Below, one piece after another: positions 18,832 to 29,062 of a stretch of DNA of 64,000 bases (its first letter is position 1; the number at the start of each line of letters is the position of its first letter). The translations under genes were made by a program, and so were the position numbers. Where the stretch lies: IMG/VR virus record IMGVR_UViG_3300035661_000001, positions 310,001 to 374,000 of that record; one strand, given 5' to 3'. The notes under the pieces were generated by a model. The model searched no databases, was not told the DNA's origin, and was given only the letters and a program-made list of their open reading frames with translations.

Positions 18832-20937
18832 ATGGAAATCTCTTCAAATACTACTGATACACAGATTTTAGAACAATCTTATGAACGATCGTCAGCAGAA
18901 TTAGAAAAATATTCTAATTTAACATCTGCAGCAAAAGATCTTTCAGAAGGATTTTCAAATGTGTTACATGGTGTTAAAGATTCTTTAATATCAATAGGCG
19001 ATGCTTCTAAAAAAAGTACTGCTGAAATAGCTTTATATAATACAGCTATATTGGGAACAAGAAAAATGTTCGAAGGATTAAGTAATATTGATTCGAAAGG
19101 GTTAAATCTATTTCGTAATCAATATGAAGATTTAATTAATTTTATTAAAGAAAGTCCTATCGGTAGTGTTGCTGCAGAAAAAGCCAGATCTGCGATGGCG
19201 CTTTTATTGACACAATCAGGAGCATCAAAAGATATTGTTGCTAAAACAATATCAGCTCCAATAGAGATTTTATCTAAATTAGGAAAATCTTTTATAGATA
19301 GTGCTGATAATGGTTTAAAATTTACCAATGTAATGGTCCAATTAGCTGGTAAAAGTGGTGATTTGGGTAAAATATATGGGGCTGCCGGACCCAATCTTGA
19401 AAATTTTAATTTATTACTAAAACAACAAAGTTTACTTTTAAGTGATGTTGCTGAAGCAAATCATTTACCAATACAAACAATACATGAATATTATGCTCAA
19501 TTAGGCACTATACCTGGAGCTATGAATGCTGTTGTAAAAAGTAGTGAGGCGGCTTCTGATAGTTTTAATATGCTCACTGGAGCTGTTAAATTAGCTAGAG
19601 GATCTGGTAGAACAGTAGAAGAAATAACAGAAGATATGAGGATGGCTTTTAAGAATTATAATATGACAACGGGAGATGATTTTCTTCAATTTTCCGCAAG
19701 AATGACGGAATTAAATACCAAATTTGGAGCTAGTTTTGATGTTGTTAGAGATTCATTAAGAAGTATTTCTTCAGATTTTGTTATGTTTGGAAATAATGCT
19801 GAAAGCGCAACTAAAATATTAAATAATTATATTGGCGGGTTAAAAGCTACAGGGCTAAGTGGTGATGCCGCAACTCAAGTTGTAACTGGCATGGCTAAAG
19901 CTATATCAGGATTAAATTTGGCTCAAAGATCATTTTTATCTGTACAAAGTGGCATGAGCGGCGGATTAATGGGCGGATATAAAATTGAAGATATGATGAG
20001 AAAAGGTCAAACATCAGAAGTAATGGATTTGTATATTAAGCAAATCCAAAAATTATCTGGTGGTGGCAAAATGGTAACTGTTGAGGAAGCATCTAAAAGC
20101 CAAAAGGACGCAGCGATATTAACGAAACAAACACTGTTGTTACAGTCATTTGGTCTTGGTAAAGGTAGCGAGGGTGAAGCTCATAGAATAATAGAAGGTT
20201 TAAGACAAAAGCAAGACGGCAACGGAGTAGAAGAATTAAAAAAGAATATTACACAAGAATTAATGGGCAAAGGAACGCAATTACAACAAATGTCTGCGAC
20301 TGATTTTAGTCAATTAAGATCAGAATTAGAGGGAGTTAGAGTACTAGCGGATATTACTAATTTTGACACTATGAAAAGTATGTTAAGTGCACATGTGGGC
20401 AGACAGGGTGAAATTACAACTGCCGCTCAAGTATCTCATAGGCAATCATTAAAATCAGCTCAAGAATCTGCAGCTGTAAGTAGTGGGGCTAGAAAAAATT
20501 ATTTAGATAAACCATTATCAGGTGTAACTGGCGATGAAAATTTCATATCTGGTCAATTAACAAAAGCAAAAGATCATGTTATGGGAATTGATATTAAATC
20601 TTATACAGATAGTTTACCGTCATCACGTCCAAAACAATCTAATTTAAATCAAGAAAGATTTTTAAAATCTGATATTGATTATAGATTATCTATGGAAAAA
20701 ACAAATGTTGTAAAATCAGCTGCCGTTAGATCAGTTGATGTAAATTCATCTGCACGTAAGCAAGAAGCATTGAATACTAGAGGAGCAGGTGCTCATGGAG
20801 TAGTTAATATGGGTTCGGCAACACCTAAATTAGGGGAGTTAACTGTTAATATTACTGGTTATTGTATAAAGTGTAAAAGAGAAATTGAGGGTGGGCAACA
20901 AGCTGCTGCAGTTAATCCTGCAAGCATGGGAACATAA
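18832..20937 (+). CDS. tape measure protein
   Basis: 701 aa, helical and Ala/Ser/Gly/Leu-rich, directly after the G/GT chaperone; CxxC near the C-terminus. Confidence 0.75.
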   Translation: MEISSNTTDTQILEQSYERSSAELEKYSNLTSAAKDLSEGFSNVLHGVKDSLISIGDASKKSTAEIALYNTAILGTRKMFEGLSNIDSKGLNLFRNQYEDLINFIKESPIGSVAAEKARSAMALLLTQSGASKDIVAKTISAPIEILSKLGKSFIDSADNGLKFTNVMVQLAGKSGDLGKIYGAAGPNLENFNLLLKQQSLLLSDVAEANHLPIQTIHEYYAQLGTIPGAMNAVVKSSEAASDSFNMLTGAVKLARGSGRTVEEITEDMRMAFKNYNMTTGDDFLQFSARMTELNTKFGASFDVVRDSLRSISSDFVMFGNNAESATKILNNYIGGLKATGLSGDAATQVVTGMAKAISGLNLAQRSFLSVQSGMSGGLMGGYKIEDMMRKGQTSEVMDLYIKQIQKLSGGGKMVTVEEASKSQKDAAILTKQTLLLQSFGLGKGSEGEAHRIIEGLRQKQDGNGVEELKKNITQELMGKGTQLQQMSATDFSQLRSELEGVRVLADITNFDTMKSMLSAHVGRQGEITTAAQVSHRQSLKSAQESAAVSSGARKNYLDKPLSGVTGDENFISGQLTKAKDHVMGIDIKSYTDSLPSSRPKQSNLNQERFLKSDIDYRLSMEKTNVVKSAAVRSVDVNSSARKQEALNTRGAGAHGVVNMGSATPKLGELTVNITGYCIKCKREIEGGQQAAAVNPASMGT

Positions 20938-20946
20938 GGATTTATT

Positions 20947-21792
20947 ATGACGCTTAGTGATGTAATCAATGGTATAAATTCTGTTCAAAATGCTTTGAAT
21001 GGCAATTCTCTCTCAGGAAATACTAATCAATTTAAATCTGACGGTTTTCTTTTACCTGCTACTTATTCGTCAGATGGTAATGGTTTGCCTTCTAATAAGG
21101 TTGGCACATACCGTGACGCTCAGTCAAAAAGAAATATTATAACTTGGTTTGTTCCACAAATTGGAATAGTTAGAATGTACGTGAACCCTTCTGCAATATC
21201 TTACTCACATAGAAAATTGATTTCTAAAGATAGGACAAAGGGCGGATATACTTTACAATACTGGGGCGAAGAATTAGACAGTATCAACATTTCAGGAACC
21301 ACTGGCAGCGCAGGCATCGAAGGAATTAATGTTTTGTATGAGATTTATAGATCAGAACAATATTCGTTTGATGGCACCGCTTTAACCATGGCGTCTAATA
21401 ATACACAAACTGCCCTTGGCAGCGCTTTCTCTGGTATTGGTGGGGCATTGGGCGGAGAAGTCGGAAGTGCCGTTGGAGGCGCTATTGGAGGAATATTAGG
21501 AACAAGCGCGCCCAATGGTAATTTAGCTGCACAAAACATACCTTCTTTAGCTCAATTAGCATTCACTGTCGAAATGTATTATAATGGTTGGGCGTATCGT
21601 GGATTTTTTGAAAACATGACAGTTAATGAAAGGGCAGATAATTTTTTAATGGAATATCAAATGACTTTTATAGCAACGCAACGTCGTGGTTATAGACTTA
21701 ATTACTTTCCATGGGCAAAATCAGCTACCAATGGACCAAGTCAATATACTTCTCCACAATCTTTTTCTGGTAATGTTAAGACAGGATTTTAA
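20947..21792 (+). CDS. baseplate tail-tube initiator-like protein
   Basis: MYVNPSAISYSHRK...RTKGG...YWGEELDSINISGTTG...YRGFFENMTVNE pattern; follows the tape measure. Confidence 0.6.
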   Translation: MTLSDVINGINSVQNALNGNSLSGNTNQFKSDGFLLPATYSSDGNGLPSNKVGTYRDAQSKRNIITWFVPQIGIVRMYVNPSAISYSHRKLISKDRTKGGYTLQYWGEELDSINISGTTGSAGIEGINVLYEIYRSEQYSFDGTALTMASNNTQTALGSAFSGIGGALGGEVGSAVGGAIGGILGTSAPNGNLAAQNIPSLAQLAFTVEMYYNGWAYRGFFENMTVNERADNFLMEYQMTFIATQRRGYRLNYFPWAKSATNGPSQYTSPQSFSGNVKTGF

Positions 21793-21794
21793 AT

Positions 21795-24700
21795 ATGAGT
21801 TTTTTGGGCGATCTTGCAGGTCAAATAGATAGTCAATTTTCCACAGGAGAAAATAATAATCGTAACTTGGATGCCGTTGTTGATGGTCAAAATGTCAAAT
21901 ACGGTACGCTTGGTGATTTTTCATCTCAATTTGATCAATCAGCTCAAAGAAAATATGTTGAAGAAGGATATTTAAGAAGAGATCCTTTTAATTTAGATCC
22001 TAAACAATTAGAAGTTCTTTTTCAAGAACCCAATGCAACGGTCCTTGTTAAGAAACGTATGTTTTCTTCAATAGCAGAAAATTTTCGTTCGGACTTCATG
22101 GACCAAGATGAAAAGCTTTATTACAGGGCTATGAAGTTTTTATTTCAAAACAAATGCAGAATTATTTCTGCATATGAAAAGTTATCTAAAATTCAAAGAA
22201 TAACATCTGCTGCAGGAACTATAAGCGATCAATTAGTTCCTATCATTTCAACTCTATCAGATATTATCAACACTGGTGGTAGTGGTGGATTATTTAGTGC
22301 TATTAGCGGTGGTGGTTTCGGAGGAACTTCTGATAATGGTGGGAAAACTCCTACTGATGCTAGTCATCTATCTCAAGTGATGGATAAAGTTAGAAGAATC
22401 TACGGATTCAATACTACTAATTCTACTACTAATTGGATTACTGATAGTACTAATTTATTTCAATCACAATTTGGACAAGGCACAGGCGTAATTGAAATAA
22501 CTAATTTTACAAACCTAAGTACAAATACAACTGTAGAGCTTAAGAATCCTGGAAATTTTAATTTAACTATTTCCGATCCTTATCAAGCAATGTTAGTAAC
22601 TGATTGGGATATTGAAAAAGCTATTAGTGATGCTACTAATATGTTTTTCAATCATGGTATTTTTGGATTTGGTAGGCAAGAAGCTGATCAAAATATTGCT
22701 GATGCTCAAAATCGTTTAAATAAATTACGATCCGCTAGGGGCGTCAGTCCAATTACATTACAAGTTAATCCTGATACTTTATTTGGTAGAAGAGTAATTG
22801 CGGTTTTTGATAGATTAGGTGTAGAATTAGTTTTTACATATAATTCGGGATTTGGTGGAATTGGTGGTAGTGTTGATGTCTCACCTGAATATTTGCAAAA
22901 TGGAACTATTGCAGGAGTAGATGGATTAGCAACCAAACGTGGAATAGGTATTGGGACGAATGGAAATATTAGACAATTAGTTCCAGACAATGAGTTGTCA
23001 ATTTTTCAGAACTTAGTTAAATCTGTTTATAATAAAATACAATTAGATGCAAATTCAAAAAACTCTTCGCAAGTTGGGAATAAGCAAACTAATTATGCTC
23101 GTAGAAAATTAAGATTTAATTTTGGTGGGCAACTTATTATTCAAAACATGGATGTTGTCCATATTTACATGAATAGTAAAAGCCGTTTTGATAATAAATT
23201 ATTATCAGGTCTTCAGCAGATGTTTACCGGAGTAGGCTTGTTACAAAATGTTGATAATTCTGTTAATGCGTTATTTAATCCTGGCAGCAGTATTACTTTG
23301 CAAGCCGAAAAAGCAGCTTTTGTGGGGGCAGATTTTCCTAATTATTTATGGAGTAGTTTACGTGGTCAATTTATTAATGAAAAAGAAGGGGCTCATGTTT
23401 TTGCAGGAGTCGTAGATAATGTAAATGATAGTTGGTCAGATGGTAAATTTAGCGTAAACGTTTCTGGTAGAGATAATACAGCTTATTTTGATCAAGGTAA
23501 AGTTAATTTTAAACCTGGAGTTGATTCTTTCAATGGAGCTATTTTTGACACATTAACTCCTTTCAAATCTAATTTTGATACTATCACTAGTAACGCTAAA
23601 GACGAATCTCCACAGTTATTAGATGAGAATGTAATTATTTTAGGAACATCACAAGATAAAAAGGGGTTATTAAAAGCAAAAGCTGGACCCAAAGCTGGGC
23701 AAAAAATAACTAGTGATACTTTGTTTCAACATGTTAATATCGATCCTACGACAGGAAAAACAAGTAGAGAAATATTTGCACCAGATGGATTAGTATATAG
23801 ATGGAAAGAGGGTATTGGAGTTTTTGTACAATTTGGAAATTCATTAGAACTCAATGATCCAAATAAGGTAGGAAATCCTAGTATTTCAAAAGAGCCATTC
23901 GCTGGTCAAGATGTAATGAATGTGGTATCATTGTTGGTAACAGGTCAGCCATATAATTATGCTAATTTTTGGAAAGCCTCTGCAAACATAGACGGTTTTG
24001 GAAGAGATCCTCAAAGTCAACAAGATGCTGCATATTCTTATGTTGCATCATTAAAAAATGATTTGATTAAAAATAATATGTTATGGGGTAATTTTATTCC
24101 ATTCAAAAATTTAACTATAGATGAGCAATCTTTTGCTCAAGCTATGCAGGCGCAATTTAGATGCATTCAAAAAAATCAAGATCTTGACGCAAAAATACAA
24201 AAATTAGCTGATTTGAATAGAACTGCCAATTTGTTTGGAGCAGCCACTGTATTAGGGGATGTTGCTAGTAATTTTAAACCTCAATTTTTAGAGGTTAAAG
24301 CGCAATTGACTAATTTACAAGAATCAATACAAAATGATATTGATGCAATTCAGGAACAAGATTATGATTTTAATAAACTAGTAGTAGCCTCCGGACCAGA
24401 TGCTTCTTTTGATTATTCGCCAACTAATACTTCTAATAAGTTAACGCCATCTAATCCAAATGTCAGAAGAGAATTAAGAAGGAAATTAAATTTCTTAACT
24501 CGTCGTATGTCATATAATGTTCGGGCAAATGAAGATAAAAATTTATTCATTGTTGATGATTTTTATGATAAAGATTATGACATCTTAGCGTATGAAAAAT
24601 CATTGACAGATGGTATTAAGTTATACAATAATGAATTTACCTCTACAAGAGAAAAGATTATCAATACTGCCGAACTTCTTAATTTAGAAGTATTTGCAGA

Positions 24701-26693
24701 TACGCAAGGTCATATTAGAGTTAGACCGCCACAGTATAATAGAATGCCAAGTTCTGTTTTTTATAGAATGATGTATTTAAAAAAAGCTTATGGTATTCAA
24801 ATATTTCCACAATTTTTATCAGATATTTTTGGAAATCAACTTGATACTTTAAGAAAAAGAATAGAAATTGTAGAAGATATGATTAGGTTAGATTGTGCTG
24901 TATTAAATTATACATCTGATGATGCTGCTACTAAATTTTTAATCTCTAGTAGTGCGACAAATGGTACAGGCGATCCATTTAATTTTATTTCTGACACCAC
25001 AGGGGCTATTTCAGATATCAGTCAATTAATAGCCTCTTCGAGCGGGAAACTTCTTGATGATTCAATACAAAATTTATCTTCTTTATTAAATAAACAAGCT
25101 AAATCAACTAAAAGTGTATTTTCTAATTCTCAAAGATACTCTGAAATTGTTAAACAATTATTAGCTCAAAATCTGGGTTTACAAGGATATTCAGTACAAG
25201 ATGTTTTCTCTCCAAGTAACAATACATATATTCAAACTCTTATCAATAGAATTCAAACTAAATCAGGACAAAGAATAGATAAAAAAGATTATATTGCTAA
25301 CAATGATGATGGTCAAAAAGATGTTGTATTACCTTTAGCACAATCTATTGACGTATTTAAAGTAACTAAAGAGTTACAAGAAAAATTGCAAGAAAGACAA
25401 CAGGTAACAAAAGTATTTTACTTAGCAATAAAAAATGCTACAGAATTTAAATCTCTAGATGATCAAAGTAATTCAACTAGTAGCGAATTATTAGCTCCAG
25501 GTATATTTAATAATTCTAATGTTCCAGAAGTTTATGAACATATGATTGAAGATGAGACCTTTGATGATTATGGACCTGGTTCCGGTTCTAGATTCATCAT
25601 TAAAAGAGCACAGATTAGAAGTATACAAACATCTTTTAATCCTCCAGATTTTACTATGGTAGAAGTTCAAGGAGTATTAAATCCATTTGCGCCTAATGCT
25701 TTACCTGAAGGATTAAATTCATTTCCTAATAATGGTAATGGTTTAGTCACAGCTATTGCAGTTGATTATGATGCGTGGAGAGATTATGGTTTCAAAAACG
25801 TTGCAACAGTTAAGGTACCATTTTTAAGTGATCCCAATTCGCAATGTGCGCCATATGCCAGTATGATTTTAAGTAGAAATCGTAAAAATATTAAACGTGC
25901 AACTGTTACTATTTCTGGAAATGAATTTATGCAACCAGGAGAAGTAGTATTCTTGGAAGATAGACAAATGTTATACTATGTAAATTCTGTTAGACACAAT
26001 TTTAATTTTGGTAGCAGTTTTACTACAACATTAGATTTATCATACGGTCATACTCCTGGAGAATATATTCCAACCACTCTAGATATGATTGGTAAAATGA
26101 TTTATAATAATCGTGATATTGCCGGATATACTGTTCAAAGACAAGCTAATTCTGGAAATGAAACTAATCTAGGAGTTGTTATAAAAGATGCCACTAACGT
26201 GGCTAACACTCCAGCCTTATCTTCTCAAAAAACTCCGCCTAATTCATATAGTGCATTTAATAGTAAAACATTAAATAATATTTTATACACGGCTGCCTAT
26301 ACAATTAATGCTAATAATACAAAAGGTAACAACATTACAGCAGAGGTAGAATTAAGATTATACTATGATAATGATCACCCAATAGATGTTAATTTAATTG
26401 CGTTTGCAAATAGTGCACAGGATATTTTAACAGGTAAAAATAATGCTCCAAATGATCCAGTAAATAATCAAGCTTTTCAAGGACAAAATGTTAGAGTTGT
26501 TGCCATAAATATGGATGATGAATCAGATAGAAGATCTCCATCACAAAAAGCAATTGATTCTGCTAGGAATCAAATAAATAGCGGCAACACTTCAGTTGGT
26601 AGTCCACCAGCACCAGTAGATAAAATTAGGCTAGCATTGTTTAGTTATATAGTTGACTGTTGGTTAATCTTTAAACAAAATGGCAATATATAA
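21795..26693 (+). CDS. baseplate hub protein (gp27/GpD-like) with large insertions
   Basis: VFAGVV...VSGRD, LEVFADTQGHIRVRPP and ATVTISGNEFMQPGEVV...YYVNSVRHNF...FTTTLDLSYG motifs. Confidence 0.7.
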   Translation: MSFLGDLAGQIDSQFSTGENNNRNLDAVVDGQNVKYGTLGDFSSQFDQSAQRKYVEEGYLRRDPFNLDPKQLEVLFQEPNATVLVKKRMFSSIAENFRSDFMDQDEKLYYRAMKFLFQNKCRIISAYEKLSKIQRITSAAGTISDQLVPIISTLSDIINTGGSGGLFSAISGGGFGGTSDNGGKTPTDASHLSQVMDKVRRIYGFNTTNSTTNWITDSTNLFQSQFGQGTGVIEITNFTNLSTNTTVELKNPGNFNLTISDPYQAMLVTDWDIEKAISDATNMFFNHGIFGFGRQEADQNIADAQNRLNKLRSARGVSPITLQVNPDTLFGRRVIAVFDRLGVELVFTYNSGFGGIGGSVDVSPEYLQNGTIAGVDGLATKRGIGIGTNGNIRQLVPDNELSIFQNLVKSVYNKIQLDANSKNSSQVGNKQTNYARRKLRFNFGGQLIIQNMDVVHIYMNSKSRFDNKLLSGLQQMFTGVGLLQNVDNSVNALFNPGSSITLQAEKAAFVGADFPNYLWSSLRGQFINEKEGAHVFAGVVDNVNDSWSDGKFSVNVSGRDNTAYFDQGKVNFKPGVDSFNGAIFDTLTPFKSNFDTITSNAKDESPQLLDENVIILGTSQDKKGLLKAKAGPKAGQKITSDTLFQHVNIDPTTGKTSREIFAPDGLVYRWKEGIGVFVQFGNSLELNDPNKVGNPSISKEPFAGQDVMNVVSLLVTGQPYNYANFWKASANIDGFGRDPQSQQDAAYSYVASLKNDLIKNNMLWGNFIPFKNLTIDEQSFAQAMQAQFRCIQKNQDLDAKIQKLADLNRTANLFGAATVLGDVASNFKPQFLEVKAQLTNLQESIQNDIDAIQEQDYDFNKLVVASGPDASFDYSPTNTSNKLTPSNPNVRRELRRKLNFLTRRMSYNVRANEDKNLFIVDDFYDKDYDILAYEKSLTDGIKLYNNEFTSTREKIINTAELLNLEVFADTQGHIRVRPPQYNRMPSSVFYRMMYLKKAYGIQIFPQFLSDIFGNQLDTLRKRIEIVEDMIRLDCAVLNYTSDDAATKFLISSSATNGTGDPFNFISDTTGAISDISQLIASSSGKLLDDSIQNLSSLLNKQAKSTKSVFSNSQRYSEIVKQLLAQNLGLQGYSVQDVFSPSNNTYIQTLINRIQTKSGQRIDKKDYIANNDDGQKDVVLPLAQSIDVFKVTKELQEKLQERQQVTKVFYLAIKNATEFKSLDDQSNSTSSELLAPGIFNNSNVPEVYEHMIEDETFDDYGPGSGSRFIIKRAQIRSIQTSFNPPDFTMVEVQGVLNPFAPNALPEGLNSFPNNGNGLVTAIAVDYDAWRDYGFKNVATVKVPFLSDPNSQCAPYASMILSRNRKNIKRATVTISGNEFMQPGEVVFLEDRQMLYYVNSVRHNFNFGSSFTTTLDLSYGHTPGEYIPTTLDMIGKMIYNNRDIAGYTVQRQANSGNETNLGVVIKDATNVANTPALSSQKTPPNSYSAFNSKTLNNILYTAAYTINANNTKGNNITAEVELRLYYDNDHPIDVNLIAFANSAQDILTGKNNAPNDPVNNQAFQGQNVRVVAINMDDESDRRSPSQKAIDSARNQINSGNTSVGSPPAPVDKIRLALFSYIVDCWLIFKQNGNI

Positions 26694-28705
26694 TGACAAA
26701 CAATCATGTTTTTGATGAACAAGTAGGTCTTTTAAGTACTGGAGCCATTACAGGTTATGATTCTGAAAAAGGAATACTTAAAGTAAAATTGAATGATTCA
26801 TCGTCGATTCGTGGTCAAGCACAATCAATAGATGTTCCCGCGCCGCATGCTCTGTTTTATAACAATGGTTTATTCATTGGTACGCGCCCGGTGCCCGGAA
26901 CTCCTGTAGTAATAAGTCGAGGCAGTGGCGGTCAATATTATTTCGTTTCTTTTTTAGCAGAAAATTTACCAATGGTTCCAGAATTAACTACTGGAGAATT
27001 ATTGATCAGTTCTGCTGAAGAATCAAAAATATCATTAAATATTAATAATGATATTAATATAGGTGGTTCCAATAATAAAATTCATATTAATAGTAAATCT
27101 AATTTGATTACTACTAATTTTTTCAATGAAAATCATTTTACTCAAGCCTCTCGTAGAATAGAAGGTTTAGTAAAAAGAGATTTAAAAATCAATACTAATT
27201 TTGATCAGGATTCAAAATTAGAAAATGATGCCTATGATAATAAATATTATGTAATTGGATTAGACCCAACTGTTAGTCCAAATTCAATTATTGCAGATTC
27301 AAATAAAAACCCACCACTTGTTGAGCAAAGAGAGTTGGTTTATGAATTTCAATATTCTTCAGAGGTGAATGATGATTTATACGAATCATCATTATATGGA
27401 ACTACCGAAACTCCAGCTACTGCATTTACTTTTCCAAATCGTAGAAAAAGCAGAGCGGATACACTAAGTTTGACTTTGGCAGCTCCTAATTATTTAATGG
27501 AAACTGTTAAAGGCACAGTAGTTGATATTTTTGGAAATCTATTAGATTTAAATAGAGTTCCTATATCTATTGGAAAAGATCAAAACACTATAAAAACAAC
27601 TATTAGTACAGATAAAGTAAAATCCTTTCAATTAATTAAAGAATTAGAAAGAAAAACTCTTGCTTATCATTTTGAATTAAATGCTCGTAAAGATTTAGCC
27701 GGAGAAAATGGACAAATAGTATTACCTGATGTAACATCAAATGATGATTATGCTAGAAATAGAAGTAGATTTTTTGTAGATATTGATAAAGAAGGAATGT
27801 TTAAAATAAACATTCCAGCCTCAAGTGAAAAGGGCAACGTGCCTCTTTTGACTAGGTATGAAAATTATTCTACTTTTGGACCAGAGGATAATAGTAATCC
27901 TAATAAATTAATTTATCGAGATGATAATTTGGATATTTTTCAAGACTCTTTTGCGGCACCTCAATTCAATATTAATGATGGTTCATTTAGTAGCGACCGC
28001 GGTTCAATTAGTTTGAATAATGATGGAACGGATGGAGCACCACTAGATAGAATTACAGAGTCTCATATCAGACATGGTACTGCTTACCATGACATTTTGT
28101 CGACTTGTTATGTACATCAAAAATCAGATTTTATACAGTATGTAGCAGATGATGAGAATCCAGTTTTTAGTAAAGCTGCTGTTGCAAATATACCCAAAAT
28201 AGATTCTATTGCAAGTAATTCTATTACTACAGGCGGGAAAAATGCTAATGCCGGCGGTAGAAGTGGTTCTGTTAATTTTGATGGTTCGTTAGATTTAAAT
28301 ATAGGCGCTAATACTTCGGATAGACAATCTCTTTGGGCAGATCTAGCCGGAGCTATGGTTTTAAATGTAGGTCGCGACTTAAATAATATGAGTGGAGCTC
28401 TTTCTATGAATGGAGATGTATTTATACAGATTGGTGGTATGGGAGTATCTACTGATAGCCGATTCATTAAACAAAATAATGGTCATATAGGTGCAGCATT
28501 GGATATTAGAGTATTTAATTCGGGATTGCGTGCCACGATGATTAGAATTGATGATGAAGGAGTAAAAATATTAACTCCAAGCAATTTGTCTATTCATGCA
28601 GGTCAAAATATGAGAATATCAGCTGACGCTGATATTGAAATAGAATGCGAAACTTTAACATTACAAGGTCGTATGGTTATGAAGGAATTTGGTGGTTCAA
28701 TATGA
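26693..28705 (+). CDS. baseplate central spike protein (gp5/gpV-like)
   Basis: N-terminal OB-fold-like segment (GAITGYD...LKVKL...RPVPGTPVVI), C-terminal beta-strand repeats; follows the hub. Confidence 0.6.
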   Translation: MTNNHVFDEQVGLLSTGAITGYDSEKGILKVKLNDSSSIRGQAQSIDVPAPHALFYNNGLFIGTRPVPGTPVVISRGSGGQYYFVSFLAENLPMVPELTTGELLISSAEESKISLNINNDINIGGSNNKIHINSKSNLITTNFFNENHFTQASRRIEGLVKRDLKINTNFDQDSKLENDAYDNKYYVIGLDPTVSPNSIIADSNKNPPLVEQRELVYEFQYSSEVNDDLYESSLYGTTETPATAFTFPNRRKSRADTLSLTLAAPNYLMETVKGTVVDIFGNLLDLNRVPISIGKDQNTIKTTISTDKVKSFQLIKELERKTLAYHFELNARKDLAGENGQIVLPDVTSNDDYARNRSRFFVDIDKEGMFKINIPASSEKGNVPLLTRYENYSTFGPEDNSNPNKLIYRDDNLDIFQDSFAAPQFNINDGSFSSDRGSISLNNDGTDGAPLDRITESHIRHGTAYHDILSTCYVHQKSDFIQYVADDENPVFSKAAVANIPKIDSIASNSITTGGKNANAGGRSGSVNFDGSLDLNIGANTSDRQSLWADLAGAMVLNVGRDLNNMSGALSMNGDVFIQIGGMGVSTDSRFIKQNNGHIGAALDIRVFNSGLRATMIRIDDEGVKILTPSNLSIHAGQNMRISADADIEIECETLTLQGRMVMKEFGGSI

Positions 28706-29043
28706 AATCAATTAAAGATAAATTATCTATTCAGGCTCAAGAGGCTAAATTTCAAGGGATGACTAAATTAGCTGCTGCACTTGAAAATATGATTGAAGAT
28801 CAAGAACTGGTTGAAAGAGGGAAAATATATACTCAAACACAATTAGATGAAGATATTTATCATGATTTATGGCGTGTTGCCACAAGATTATTAGTATATT
28901 ATGGTGTTAATACTAGCGCAGAAAAATTAGATAAATCCATAATAACATTAGCGTCTTTCGTTACTGAAGATTTAGAAAAAACCTTAGAAGTTACTAATGT
29001 TATTAAAGGACCTTTAGAGCCCAAATTGCTTGGCGAAAAATAA
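28702..29043 (+). CDS. hypothetical protein (113 aa; likely start at 28702)
   Basis: ATGA overlap with the upstream stop suggests a start at 28702 (MKSIKDKL...) rather than 28645. Confidence 0.55.
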   Translation: MKSIKDKLSIQAQEAKFQGMTKLAAALENMIEDQELVERGKIYTQTQLDEDIYHDLWRVATRLLVYYGVNTSAEKLDKSIITLASFVTEDLEKTLEVTNVIKGPLEPKLLGEK

Positions 29044-29062
29044 CTGATATATATAAAATCAA

